Shown piece by piece: positions 7,820-17,398 of a DNA stretch of 32,000 nt; the first letter of the stretch is position 1; the number at the start of each line of letters is the position of its first letter. The position numbers and the translations under genes were made by a program. The stretch is from assembly GCA_016699935.1 (NCBI GenBank), contig CP064992.1:660001-692000 (forward strand), given 5' to 3'. The stretch is from Candidatus Saccharimonadota bacterium (lineage in GTDB: Bacteria; Patescibacteriota; Saccharimonadia; Saccharimonadales; UBA4665). The notes beneath the pieces were generated by a model, which worked only from the letters and a program-made list of their open reading frames with translations, did not search any database and had not been told where the DNA came from.

Positions 7820-10621
7820 ATGGGACAGGCAACAGATAGCAGCGTGAGGCGGCTTTTTACGGCGCCAAAATCAAAGGCATACGACACGATTACATGGGCG
7901 AAGCGTGATTCGGAGCTAAAATCCATTTACAGGTGAAATTGTTTTCCAGCAGAAGGGCGTAGAAATCCCGGAGAGTTGGTCGTTGAATGCGCTGAATATT
8001 GTAGCGCAAAAGTATTTTACTGGTACGCCAGGGACAAAGAGCGTGAGGCGTCTCTCAAACAGCTCATCGACCGCGTCGTTGACACGGTGGTTCGACAGGG
8101 TCAGCAAGAGGCTATTTTGACACAGCGACAGAGGCCGAAACGTACCGTGAGGAGCTCAAATATGTACTCGCAACGCAACGCGCGGCGTTCAACAGCCCCG
8201 TGTGGTTCAATATCGGTGCGCCTGAACGCGCACAGCAAGCCAGCGCTTGCTTTATTCTTGGTGTCGAAGATACGATGCCGGCGATTCTCCAATGGTACAC
8301 CGACGAAGGAATGATTTTCAAAGGTGGTTCTGGGAGCGGGGTGAATGTCAGCCCAATCCGCAGTAGTGTCGAGCCGCTCGGAAAAAGCGCTGGAACGGCT
8401 TCTGGCCCGCTGAGCTTCATGCGCGGTGCCGATGCGAGCGCTGGTGCCATCAAAAGCGGTGGTAAAACACGCCGTGCTGCCAAAATGGTTATTCTCAATG
8501 TTGACCACCCAGACATAGAAGAATTCATATGGTGTAAATCTATCGAAGAAGATAAAGCCCGCGCACTGCAAGCAGCTGGTTTCGATATGAGTTTAGATGG
8601 CAAGGACATTCACTCGGTTCAGTACCAAAACGCTAATAACTCCGTACGCGTAACCGACGAATTTATGAAAGCAGTTGAAGCTGACGGCGATTGGGATCTC
8701 AGGGCGGTCAGTACCGGCAAAACAGTGCGTACAGTAAAGGCGCGACATATCTTCCGGCAGTTTGCAGAAGCAGCGTGGCGCTGTGCTGACCCTGGCATGC
8801 AATTTGACACCGTTATAAACACGTGGCACACCACGCCGAATGCTGGTCGTATCAATGGCAGTAACCCCTGCAGTGAATACATGCATCTCGACAACTCCGC
8901 CTGTAACCTTGCGAGCATTAACCTGCTGCACTACCTCAATGACGATTTTAGCTTCGATATCGAGAGCTTCAAGCACACTGTCGAGCTCATTTTCACTGCT
9001 CAGGAAATCCTGGTGGGTTATAGTAGCTACCCGACCGAGCGCATCACTAAGAACGCTCGCGCTTACCGTGAGCTTGGTATCGGCTACGCCAACCTCGGAG
9101 CGCTCCTTATGGCGCAGGGCTTGCCCTATGATAGCGCTGAGGGTCGAGCGCAGGCAGCGGCCATCACGGCCATCCTGACGGGTCATAGCTACGCGACGAG
9201 TGCTCGTATGGCACGTAAAGTTGGTCCATTTGCTGGGTTTCACAAAGACCGTGACAACATGCTCAAAGTGCTCCGTATGCACCGCGAAGCGGTGAATCAC
9301 ATCGATGCTAGCTTTGTGTCGGAAGATCTCTTGAACGCCGCCGCAACAGCGTGGGATGAAGCTGTTGAGCTCGGTGAGCTCTACGGCGTTCGGAATAGCC
9401 AGGCGAGCGTCCTTGCGCCAACAGGTACCATTGGCCTCATGATGGACTGTGACACCACAGGTATCGAGCCTGACCTTGGCCTCGTCAAGGTAAAAAACTA
9501 GTTGGCGGTGGCACGATGAGCATCGTTAACCAGACAGTACCACGTGCACTGAGGGCGCTTGGCTATAGTGACGAACAGGTGAATGATATCGTTGCATACA
9601 TCGACACCGAAAAAACTATCCTCGGGGCACCACACCTGCGCAAAGAACATGAGCCTGTCTTTGCGTGCTCTATGGGGGATAACTCTATTCACTATCTCGG
9701 TCATGTCAAAATGATGGCGGCCGTGCAGCCTTTCCTATCTGGTGCTATCAGCAAGACGGTCAATATGCCCGAATCCGCCACCGTCGAAGACATCGAGCAA
9801 CTCCACATCGACTCGTGGAAAATGGGATTGAAAGCGGTCGCAATCTACCGCGACAACTGCAAAGTGGCCCAGCCCCTCTCAATGGCGAAGAAAGATGGAG
9901 ATGACAAGAAAGAAGAAACAGTCGGTAGTGGCTCAGATGACGGTAAAATCGTCATAAAGGGAGCGATCCGCCGCAAACTACCGCGGATTCGCAGTAGTCG
10001 CACCTACCGGTTTGTTGTTGCTGACCTCGAGGGCTTCTTTACGGTCGGTGAATACCCAGATGGCGCGCCCGGTGAACTTTTCATCAGTGTTAGTCGTCAG
10101 GGCTCAACGCTAGCGGGTCTGATGGACTCCTTTGCTATTAGTGTGAGTCACGGTCTGCAATACGGTGTACCTCTCAAAGCTACGTGAAAACATTGCGAGG
10201 CACAAGCTTTGCGCCGTTCGAAATTACCGATGACCCGGAGATTCGCACAGCAAGCTCGGTCACTGACTATATTGTTCGTCGCCTAGCGCTCGACTACCTC
10301 AGCTTCGATGATCGGCTTGAACTTGGTCTTGCGAGTCTGGACGATTTGCCAGAGGAGCAAACTAGTCTGCTTGCATCCGACGAAGCAGATGGCGCCACGG
10401 AAATACCAGCTGCTCCGACCAGCACGAAGCAAATCACCATCAGTGGTGAAGCTGCGCAATCTCAACCGATGGCTCCTGTTCCTGCCACTGAGTCCGGCCA
10501 GAGGATGCAGGCCATTAAAGACTCTACGGCACCGCTGTGTTATAACTGCGGTAATCAAACCCAGCGTTCCGGCAGCTGCTATGTCTGTACAAGCTGCGGA
10601 AGCACAACGGGTTGTAGCTAG
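7820..10621 (+). CDS. nrdJ: Class II (adenosylcobalamin-dependent) ribonucleotide reductase, with at least 5 frame breaks
   Basis: Six pieces in successive frames can be read:
- VRRLFTAPKSKAYDTITWAKRDSEL
- NPFTGEIVFQQKGVEIPESWSLNALNIVAQKYFTGTPGTK
- EREASLKQLIDRVVDTVVRQG
- ORF 8200-9501 (NSPVWFNIGAPERAQQASACFILGVEDTM, GGSGSGVNVS, ASGPLSFMRGADASAGAIKSGGKTRRAAKM, NPCSEYMHLDNSACNLASINL)
- ORF 9516-10187
- ORF 10184-10621, ending in the Cys-rich tail CYNCGNQTQRSGSCYVCTSCGSTTGCS

The breaks sit at runs 7918-7921, 8036-8038, 8110-8111, 9493-9498 and near 10180. Confidence 0.9.
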
Positions 10622-10641
10622 GGTAGGTGGTTAGAAATCAA

Positions 10642-10668
10642 AACACACTACGAAAGTGGTGTGTTTTT
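10642..10668 (+). terminator. Rho-independent terminator after nrdJ
   Basis: AACACACUAC-GAAA-GUGGUGUGUU forms a 10-bp stem (one G-U pair) with a GNRA tetraloop, followed by a U run extending to 10668. Confidence 0.8.
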
Positions 10669-10684
10669 GTGTTAGGCTAGGACT

Positions 10685-10957
10685 ATGAAAGTAATTGTAC
10701 TTTATAGACCCAACTCGGAGCATGCGCGACTAGTGGAAAGATTCCTTCATGACTTGCGGCATCAGCATGATGTTAACCAATCAAGCATACAGATGCTTGA
10801 CATAGACAGCCGAGAAGGCATAAGCCTTGCAAGCATCTATGACATTGTCGACTCACCAGCTATAGTGGTGACGGATAACGCTGGTGGGTATGTCCAGAGC
10901 TGGATTGGTAGCGAACTACCACTCATGCGAGACGTTGCCGCCTACTCAATGCTGTAA
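10685..10957 (+). CDS. Small thioredoxin-fold (NrdH/glutaredoxin-like) protein lacking the CxxC active site
   Basis: The 90-aa product follows the Grx/NrdH secondary-structure order: KVIVLY, then PNSEH where CxxC would sit, then a helix ARLVERFLHDL, then IQMLDID, then DSPAIVV (cis-Pro position), then GGYVQSW. The fold assignment is an inference from pattern only. Confidence 0.4.
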   Translation: MKVIVLYRPNSEHARLVERFLHDLRHQHDVNQSSIQMLDIDSREGISLASIYDIVDSPAIVVTDNAGGYVQSWIGSELPLMRDVAAYSML

Positions 10958-11017
10958 CGTAGACTCCCCGAATTTCTCCTGTACTGTTTCATACTCTCGT
11001 TCGAAGTAAAACAACAT

Positions 11018-11053
11018 GTATCAAAATACGTACGGCCGTACGTATTTTGATAC
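11018..11053. repeat. 36-bp perfect palindrome
   Basis: GTATCAAAATACGTACGG|CCGTACGTATTTTGATAC has 18-nt arms and no spacer. It lies 60 nt after the stop of the Grx-like ORF. Confidence 0.9.
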
Positions 11054-11091
11054 AAAAATGGGTGGGTGGTGTGAGGGGGTTGTTGTGAGGG

Positions 11092-11120
11092 TTGAGTTTT
11101 ATGTGAGAGAGGCGTAGAAT
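11092..11120 (+). promoter_or_regulatory. Sigma70-type promoter for the T-box leader
   Basis: TTGAGT (11092-11097), a 17-nt spacer, then TAGAAT (11115-11120). The first leader hairpin starts about 27 nt downstream. Confidence 0.5.
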
Positions 11121-11146
11121 TGCAGGCAGACATGCATCCCGCCATA

Positions 11147-11339
11147 CTGCGGGTGAGCGGCTATCACCCGCAGAAGCAGTGGAGAGAAACCCAGCCAGTG
11201 CTGGAGAGTAGATTCAACGGAAAGGCCCGTTAGACCAAGTAACCAAGCGCTAAAAGATCATCTCTTTTAGAAATCGGATGGTACCTCCCGCAAGTAATTT
11301 CACCCGGGATCCGATATTTAACAGAGGTGATTTTTATTT
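11147..11339 (+). promoter_or_regulatory. T-box riboswitch leader (Ile specifier candidates) upstream of HAD-ileS
   Basis: Elements read in order:
- T-box sequence AAAUCGGAUGGUACCUCCCG at 11271-11290.
- Canonical antiterminator. Helix A1 is AUCGGA 11273-11278 : UCCGAU 11310-11315. The 7-nt bulge is UGGUACC 11279-11285. Helix A2 is UCCCG 11286-11290 : CGGGA 11305-11309.
- F-box-like CCGUUA at 11227-11232.
- GA-rich Stem II-like hairpin at 11181-11215.
- Stem III-like hairpin at 11250-11270.
- 5' hairpin at 11147-11173 with AUC-A (11163-11166) on the 3' side of its apex.
- U-run at 11331-11339. Confidence 0.7.
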
Positions 11340-11350
11340 GGGAATAATTT

Positions 11351-12120
11351 ATGAAGTACAAAGCAGTTCTCATCGATCTTGACGGCACAGCGGTTGATTC
11401 GCCGCAGCAAAAAGTTGCGAGCGTAAAATTAGCTAAAGCGACAGCTTTATTGCAGTCGCAAAGGGGTATGAGTATGTGCTGCGACGGGCAGAGGGGAGCA
11501 ATATGCCTGGCCCGTAATAGACAGTATGAACTTACAGGGGCCACATATATTATCGGGCGGCACGCGTATTGTAGACGCTCAGCATGTTCAATTATGGCAA
11601 TGTAGCTTAGGTCAACAGCAGGTACTGAGGATAAAGAAGTGCTAAACAGCTTTTCGTATAGAGTTCTCTGGAATGACTATGAAGAAAAGGAATACCTAGG
11701 GGCGGTTGGGATATTGATGAACTTAATGTAGAGCAGGAAGTATATTTGATTGAAGCTATTTTTATTCCGTTCAGTGCTGCCGACAGAGTGATCACTGCCC
11801 TCAAGGAGGCTGTACCTAACATAAATGTTATTAAGGTCACGGCTCAACGTCCCGGAACAAATGACCTACATATTACTCACGAATCGGCTACAAAAGAGCA
11901 TGCGGTATATGAGCTTGAACAAATAATCGGAGTAAGAAGGAAGATATGGTTGCGGTCGGTGACGGCCCTAACGACACGCAATTTGTTTATGGCTGTGGGC
12001 TATAGGGTTGCCATGGGGAATGCTGTCGATAGTCTAAAAGCAGAGGCGGACATGGTCATTGAGCCGGTTAATCGAGATGGACTTGCATTATATTTTGAGC
12101 AGTTAGCGAAAGGGAGATCT
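11351..12120 (+). pseudogene. Cof-type HAD phosphatase, heavily frame-disrupted (about 6-7 shifts). It reads through in-frame into ileS in this assembly.
   Basis: Motif I is MKYKAVLIDLDGTAVDSP. Further pieces lie in alternating frames: DSFIAVAKGYEYVL, ATGRGEQYAWPVIDSMNLQGPHILSGGTRIVDAQ, KEVLNSFSYRVLWNDYEEKEYLG, GWDIDELNVEQEVYLIEAIF...THESATKEHAVYELEQIIGV, KKEDMVAVGDGPNDTQ (motif IV) and VAMGNAVDSLKAEADMVIEPVNRDGLALYF. Confidence 0.7.
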
Positions 12121-15010
12121 ATGAAATTCAAAGCAAATACGCGGCGGAAGGCGGCGGAGTATGAGAAGGACTTGGTGCGGTACTGGAAAGAGCACAAGAC
12201 ATTCGAGAAGTCGGTTGAGCAACGGCCACAAGAAGGGGCGTATGTGTTCTATGATGGGCCGCCGTTTATTACGGGCGTGCCGCATCACGGGACGCTACTT
12301 AGTTCCATCGTTAAAGACGCAGTACCACGCTACTGGACTATGAAGGGTAGGAGAGTTGAGCGGGTTTGGGGTTGGGACTGCCATGGTCTACCAGCCGAAG
12401 TCTTTACCGAAAAAAAGCTTGGTATAAAAGACCGCAGAGACATCGGCACCACTGTTAGTATTGAAGACTATATAACAACATGTCGAGACAATATGGTTCA
12501 GACGGGTGACTTGTGGGAGAGTACCATAGAGCGAATCGGTAGGTGGGTGGATTTCCGTGGTGCCTATAAAACAATGGACAAAGAATACATGGAATCTGTC
12601 TGGTGGGCGTTCAAAGAGCTGTACGAAAAAGGAAAAATATATGAAGGCGAAAAAGTGCTTCTCTACTGTACGCGTGATGCGACACCAATTTCCAAGGCAG
12701 AAGTTGCCATGGACAATAGCTATCAAGATGTCACCGACCCCAGTGTTTTTGTGAAGTTTAAGCTCAAAGGGGAAGATGTTTCGGTGCTAGCTTGGACGAC
12801 GACTCCATGGACGCTGCCGGCGAACACGGCTGTTGCAGTGAATGAAAACGAACAATATGTTGAAGTTGAAGTTGCCACCGAGCGGCTTATCCTTGCAAAA
12901 ACAATGGTAGATAAAGCCTTGACCGATGAAAAACACAACGTTGTACCGTATACAATCACGCGAACATTTCCTGGTTCAGAGCTTGTTGGAAGAAGGTACG
13001 AGCCACTTTTTGAAGATCGTGGTGAAAAAGCACACAGAATCTGGCACGCCGAATACGTCAGTATGGAGGAGGGTACAGGAATTGTTCACTTAGCGCCAGC
13101 TTACGGTGAAGAAGACTATGCTTTGTCGCGTGAAAAAGGATTTCCGTTTGTAAATAACATCGATGATAACGGCCTCTACATAGAAGGTGAATGGCAGGGT
13201 CAAAATGTATGGGAGGCGAACAAGCCGATCGCAAAAGCACTGCATGAGCGAGGCGTTGTTTGGAAAATCGACTACATTCGTCACAGCTACCCGCATTGTC
13301 ACCGCTGTGGTACAAAGCTCATGTATAGAGCGCACCCGAGCTGGTTTATGGATATTGCTGGGCAGCGAGAAACAATGCTCGAGCAAAACGAGAATATCAA
13401 TTGGTTTCCAGGCCACGTCAAGCATGGTCGCTTCGCTAACACAGTTGAAAGTGCGCCAGACTGGAACCTCAGTCGTGACCGCTTTTGGGCGACAGCGATG
13501 CCGGTGTGGGAAGGGTAGTGACGCCGACGGTAACGTGCATATCAAGGTTGTGGGGAGTTATGCCGAGCTAGAGGAGTTGTCTGGTGTTGTGTTGGATGAT
13601 TATCACCGCCCATGGGTAGATGATATTGAATTTGATATAGACGGAATTCATTACAAACGCATCGACAAGGTGATGGACTGTTGGTTCGAAAGCGGTAGCA
13701 TGCCATTTGCGCAATTCCACTATCCGTTTGAAAACAAAGAGAAGTTTGAGGCGAGCTTCCCTGGGGATTTCATCGCTGAATATGTCGGTCAGGTACGAGC
13801 TTGGTTCTACTACCTGCAGGCTGTCTCAGTTGGGCTGTTTGGGGCAAGTTCTTTTAAGAACTGCATCGTCACTGGCACCCTTGCCGGGAATGATGGCCGA
13901 AAGATGAGTAAAAGCTATGGTAACTACACCGACCCGAATGTTCTGATGGACGAATTTAGCGCCGATGCGTTGCGGTTCTTGCTGCTGGGATCACCCGTGC
14001 TTGCGGGCGAAGACTTTAACCTACTCGATAAAGATGTACAGGATATCCAGCGGAAACTCGCTATGATTTGGAACATGTATGACTTTTTTACAATGTATGC
14101 TGAGGTTGATGGATGGGAGTGGGAAGGCTCGCACAATGATCCGTCACCAGAGTTAGAGAACCCGTTAGACTGCTGGATAGTGTCAAGATTACATCAAACA
14201 CAACAGCACATTACTCGCCATATGGATGAATACAATATCCCCGAAGCCGTGAGTGAAGTATTGCCATTTCTCGACGACGCGAGCAACTGGTACGTGCGTC
14301 GTAGTCGCAGAAGGTTTTGGAAAAGTGAAGATGATGCTGATAAGAACGATGCCTACAGAACCCTTCACTATGTGCTTGTCCGGTTGAGTATACTCATGGC
14401 GCCATTCACGCCATTTCTTGCCGAAGAACTGTACAAGAAGCTGACGGGTGGGGAGAGTGTGCACCTGTTAGATTGGCCAGCAGCAGGTGGCATAGACGAG
14501 CAGGTACTGACAGAAATGGCTCAGACGCGCAGCATCATCGAGCAGGGGTTGGCAGCACGCATGTTTAAGACTGATGATGAGCCACAGGTTAAGGTACGAC
14601 AGCCTCTATTGAGTTTGAGCTATGGTGGTCAAAGACTTGGCGAGTATTATGAGGCAATCATTTCCGATGAAGTTAATGTGAAAGCAGTAGTGCATACAGA
14701 TGAGGTGAAAACAGTCATTACTGTTGACAAAAACATAACACCTGAACTCAAACGTGAAGGATTGATGCGAGAAGTGGTACGCGCTGTTCAGAACGCGCGG
14801 AAGCTGGCGGGGCTGAACGTTGATGACCGAATTGTGCTACAGCTCTCAGCCAGCGACGCAGAGCTTACGAAAGCTATTGCGGAGCATGCTCAAATTATTC
14901 AGGTTGAAACATTGGCTCAGATGCTCGCCGATCCCGGTGCGGATGCGTATGTTGCTGAGACAATGATTGAGGGAATAACTCTTGCGATTTCGCTCAGGAG
15001 GTGTAGATGA
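12121..15010 (+). CDS. ileS: Isoleucine--tRNA ligase (type 2-like), with one frame break near 13510-13516
   Basis: An ATG at 12121 follows aagggag. The product reads MKFKANTRRKAAEYEKDLVRYWKEHKTF, with HIGH region PPFITGVPHHGTLL, then WGWDCHGLP and TTTPWTLPAN. It continues in ORF 13187-15010 from SDADGNVHIKVVGSY, with KMSKS in DGRKMSKSYGN. Confidence 0.92.
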
Positions 15011-15684
15011 ATAGAATGAGGAGGAAAGTCATTGGCATAACGCCTGCGTTTGATGAGGGTCAAAAACTGCCAGATTCGAAAGCCTCTGTGTATCTACGAC
15101 GAGAGTACGTTGAGCATATCGCTGCAGCAGGTGCGACGCCCATTATTCTTGTGCCGGATATGCACCCTACTACAATTCTCGACCTATGTGACGGGTTGAT
15201 TATTTCTGGCGGTGAAGATATTCCTGCCGAGCTGCAAGGCAGAGACGAACTGTGTAGTGTAAGCGAACCGCTTGAACGAGTCATGTGGGAGCGCCAACTT
15301 ATCAAAAGTTTCAGCGCTCTGAGGAAGCCAGTCCTCGGTATTTGTTATGGTATGCAGTTGTTGGCGCTTCATTACGGAGGCTCTCTGTATCAAGATATCA
15401 ATCAGGAGGTAGAAGGAAGTATTGAGCATGTCCTCGTTCGGCATAGTATAGAAATGAAACATGATTTTTTAGGCCTAAAACAAAACGAACATGTTTTGGT
15501 AAATTCGCGACACCATCAGGCTGTCGCAGATCTGCCAAAAGATTTTATCGCCTGCGCCGTGGCTCCGGATGGTATTATCGAGGCGATGCAACACAAGAGC
15601 ATATTCGGCGTTCAGTGGCATCCTGAGTCTGACGTGACAGGTGAGCTAATATATAGCTCATTCATTGGCCACTGCCAGTCATAA
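15007..15684 (+). CDS. Class I glutamine amidotransferase / peptidase C26 (gamma-glutamyl hydrolase-like)
   Basis: The 225-aa product has a 4-nt overlap with the ileS stop. It contains the nucleophile elbow GICYGMQLL, then SRHHQAV and VQWHPE. Confidence 0.8.
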   Translation: MNRMRRKVIGITPAFDEGQKLPDSKASVYLRREYVEHIAAAGATPIILVPDMHPTTILDLCDGLIISGGEDIPAELQGRDELCSVSEPLERVMWERQLIKSFSALRKPVLGICYGMQLLALHYGGSLYQDINQEVEGSIEHVLVRHSIEMKHDFLGLKQNEHVLVNSRHHQAVADLPKDFIACAVAPDGIIEAMQHKSIFGVQWHPESDVTGELIYSSFIGHCQS

Positions 15685-15712
15685 CTATGGTATATAGCAT
15701 AAACGCAATGCC

Positions 15713-15721
15713 TGCTATAAT
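15713..15721 (+). promoter_or_regulatory. Extended -10 promoter (TGCTATAAT) of the first island gene
   Basis: This is a perfect TGnTATAAT. It sits in the loop of a small hairpin (AATGCC 15706-15711 / GGCATT 15725-15730). The SD ggagatagagg precedes the ATG at 15747. Confidence 0.5.
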
Positions 15722-15746
15722 ACTGGCATTAGACAGGAGATAGAGG

Positions 15747-17225
15747 ATGCCTTTTACAGGAACAGGTACTGGAATACAAAATGCTAACGATGTTTTCTTT
15801 AGCAACCCTAGTGATGGACAAACAATTCAGTACAATAGTGCAACGGCAAAATGGAACAACGTTGTAGGCACAAGCGACCCAGCTCTTGGGGGAGATCTCA
15901 CGGGTACAGCAAGTAATGCTCAAATTGCCGCAAATGCTGTTGGCTCGACGGAGATAACCAACAGTGCTGTCGGTACGACTGAACTGGCCGATGGAAGTGT
16001 GACCGAACCAAAATTGTCGATAAGCAACAGCCCTGCGTCTAACCAAGTGCTGAGTTGGGACGGCACGGATATGACCTGGGCGACACCGTCTGCTGGGGTT
16101 GACGACGGGACGCGCCTACTGGATTCTTTTGCCGGGGCTGACGATGACGCGAAACTGACAGCGGCTATAACTTGGCAGCAGGGGCACTCCCGTATGCCAG
16201 CGATTCGTTTGGGCTCACGGCTACACACATTTAACCAGACCAGACAACTATATAGTGGCCTCAAACTAATCGGTACGCCCGCTGGTCCGCGCAATCTTGA
16301 GCAGAGCGGTGGGGTGTTTGTACCAACGCGTATCAATCTGGGTGCAGCAATATCTTCTGGTACCTCTAGTTGGTGGGTGACCCCTGGTGGCAACCTGTTT
16401 GACATCTACATGGCAGACTTTGCGGTCGCGGGAGACGGTGGAGTTTCGAAGCATCAATTCATAGATGTGACGACTGGTTCGCTTTATGCCTGTCAATTTC
16501 ATGCCTTGTCGTTTAACATGATGCGCTCTGTCTTTGGTAGAAAAGATCGAAAATGTCTCATTACACAAACTTTATTTACTGGCCACTGGACCGCCAATAA
16601 CCTTTGGGATACACAGTTCATGCTCGGTGGTGCCGACAACAATCTTTGGATGGACGGGTACCTGAACATCGGCCCTAGCTCCAGCCCAGCTCAGACGGGT
16701 ACATATGCCGACAATGACTATGAACTAATTTTGATTCGCTCAGTAAGACCAATGTCGGTTTTATCTTTATGTCCGCTCTCAACGGTTGGCGAGGTCTCAA
16801 GGTGTCCGGTAGTGCCGGCCATGGCTTACGCTTTTGGTGGAGCCTACGAAGGCTATAAAAGTAGCAATGACAATCTAGCCGCGCCCGGCACAGTCATACG
16901 CCCAGAGGGCGGCAACGGGGCGTTCTTTAGCCCGAGTATCGGGCAGGGTATGCAAAGCCCAGACGTAGCCGAGTCGGGTCTGGTACACATAACGGGTGGC
17001 GAATGGGCGTTTTATTCGCCGACGTTCTATCGGACTCCTGCCGCTGACACCGTGCCGATGATATACGCTTCTGGTGGACGAGTGCTCGTAGAGGGCGCGA
17101 CGCGTAACGATGCTCAAGAGGCCTGGACAACACGGCCAAAATACTTGCTCGGTGGCCCAATGGTGACTGGTCCTAGTAGCGGCGAAAACGTCTTTTACTG
17201 TCCCGATATGTCAATGGTACCGTAA
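15747..17225 (+). CDS. Phage tail-fibre/tailspike-like protein (N-terminal fibre repeats plus pectate-lyase-like body)
   Basis: The N-terminus reads IQNANDVFFSNPSDGQTIQYNSATAKWNN and AVGSTEITNSAVGTTELADGSVTEPKLS...QVLSWDGTDMTW. This is followed by DDAKLTAAITWQQGHSRMPAIRLGSRLHTF. There is a hidden out-of-frame patch at 16729-16835, where SLSKTNVGFIFMSALNGWRGLKVSGSAGHGLRF reads in another frame. Confidence 0.6.
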   Translation: MPFTGTGTGIQNANDVFFSNPSDGQTIQYNSATAKWNNVVGTSDPALGGDLTGTASNAQIAANAVGSTEITNSAVGTTELADGSVTEPKLSISNSPASNQVLSWDGTDMTWATPSAGVDDGTRLLDSFAGADDDAKLTAAITWQQGHSRMPAIRLGSRLHTFNQTRQLYSGLKLIGTPAGPRNLEQSGGVFVPTRINLGAAISSGTSSWWVTPGGNLFDIYMADFAVAGDGGVSKHQFIDVTTGSLYACQFHALSFNMMRSVFGRKDRKCLITQTLFTGHWTANNLWDTQFMLGGADNNLWMDGYLNIGPSSSPAQTGTYADNDYELILIRSVRPMSVLSLCPLSTVGEVSRCPVVPAMAYAFGGAYEGYKSSNDNLAAPGTVIRPEGGNGAFFSPSIGQGMQSPDVAESGLVHITGGEWAFYSPTFYRTPAADTVPMIYASGGRVLVEGATRNDAQEAWTTRPKYLLGGPMVTGPSSGENVFYCPDMSMVP

Positions 17226-17308
17226 GGATAGACTAGAGACCTCCCCGCAAAATAACTCCGTAGTCCATAACGCGCCCTTTTTGTCCCAAATAGAACAATA
17301 ACCTTCGC

Positions 17309-17328
17309 ATCGTAACAGCGGTTACGAT
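17309..17328. terminator. Hairpin between convergent genes (weak bidirectional terminator candidate)
   Basis: ATCGTAAC-agcg-GTTACGAT forms an 8-bp stem. The flanks have only short T/A runs. Confidence 0.3.
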
Positions 17329-17398
17329 TTGTCAGCTATTGCCAATTTGAAACAAAAATCATCACGTTCTGGGTATACGGATTATTCTGCAAGAGGTC

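Noticed and set aside
4353-9300. Large antisense ORFs inside ftsA (4353-5051), ftsZ (6468-6974), nrdR (7310-7735) and nrdJ (8101-8609, 8593-9300)
   Set aside because: The opposite strand encodes strongly recognisable conserved proteins. The antisense translations are low-complexity Arg/Ser/Cys-rich with no motifs.
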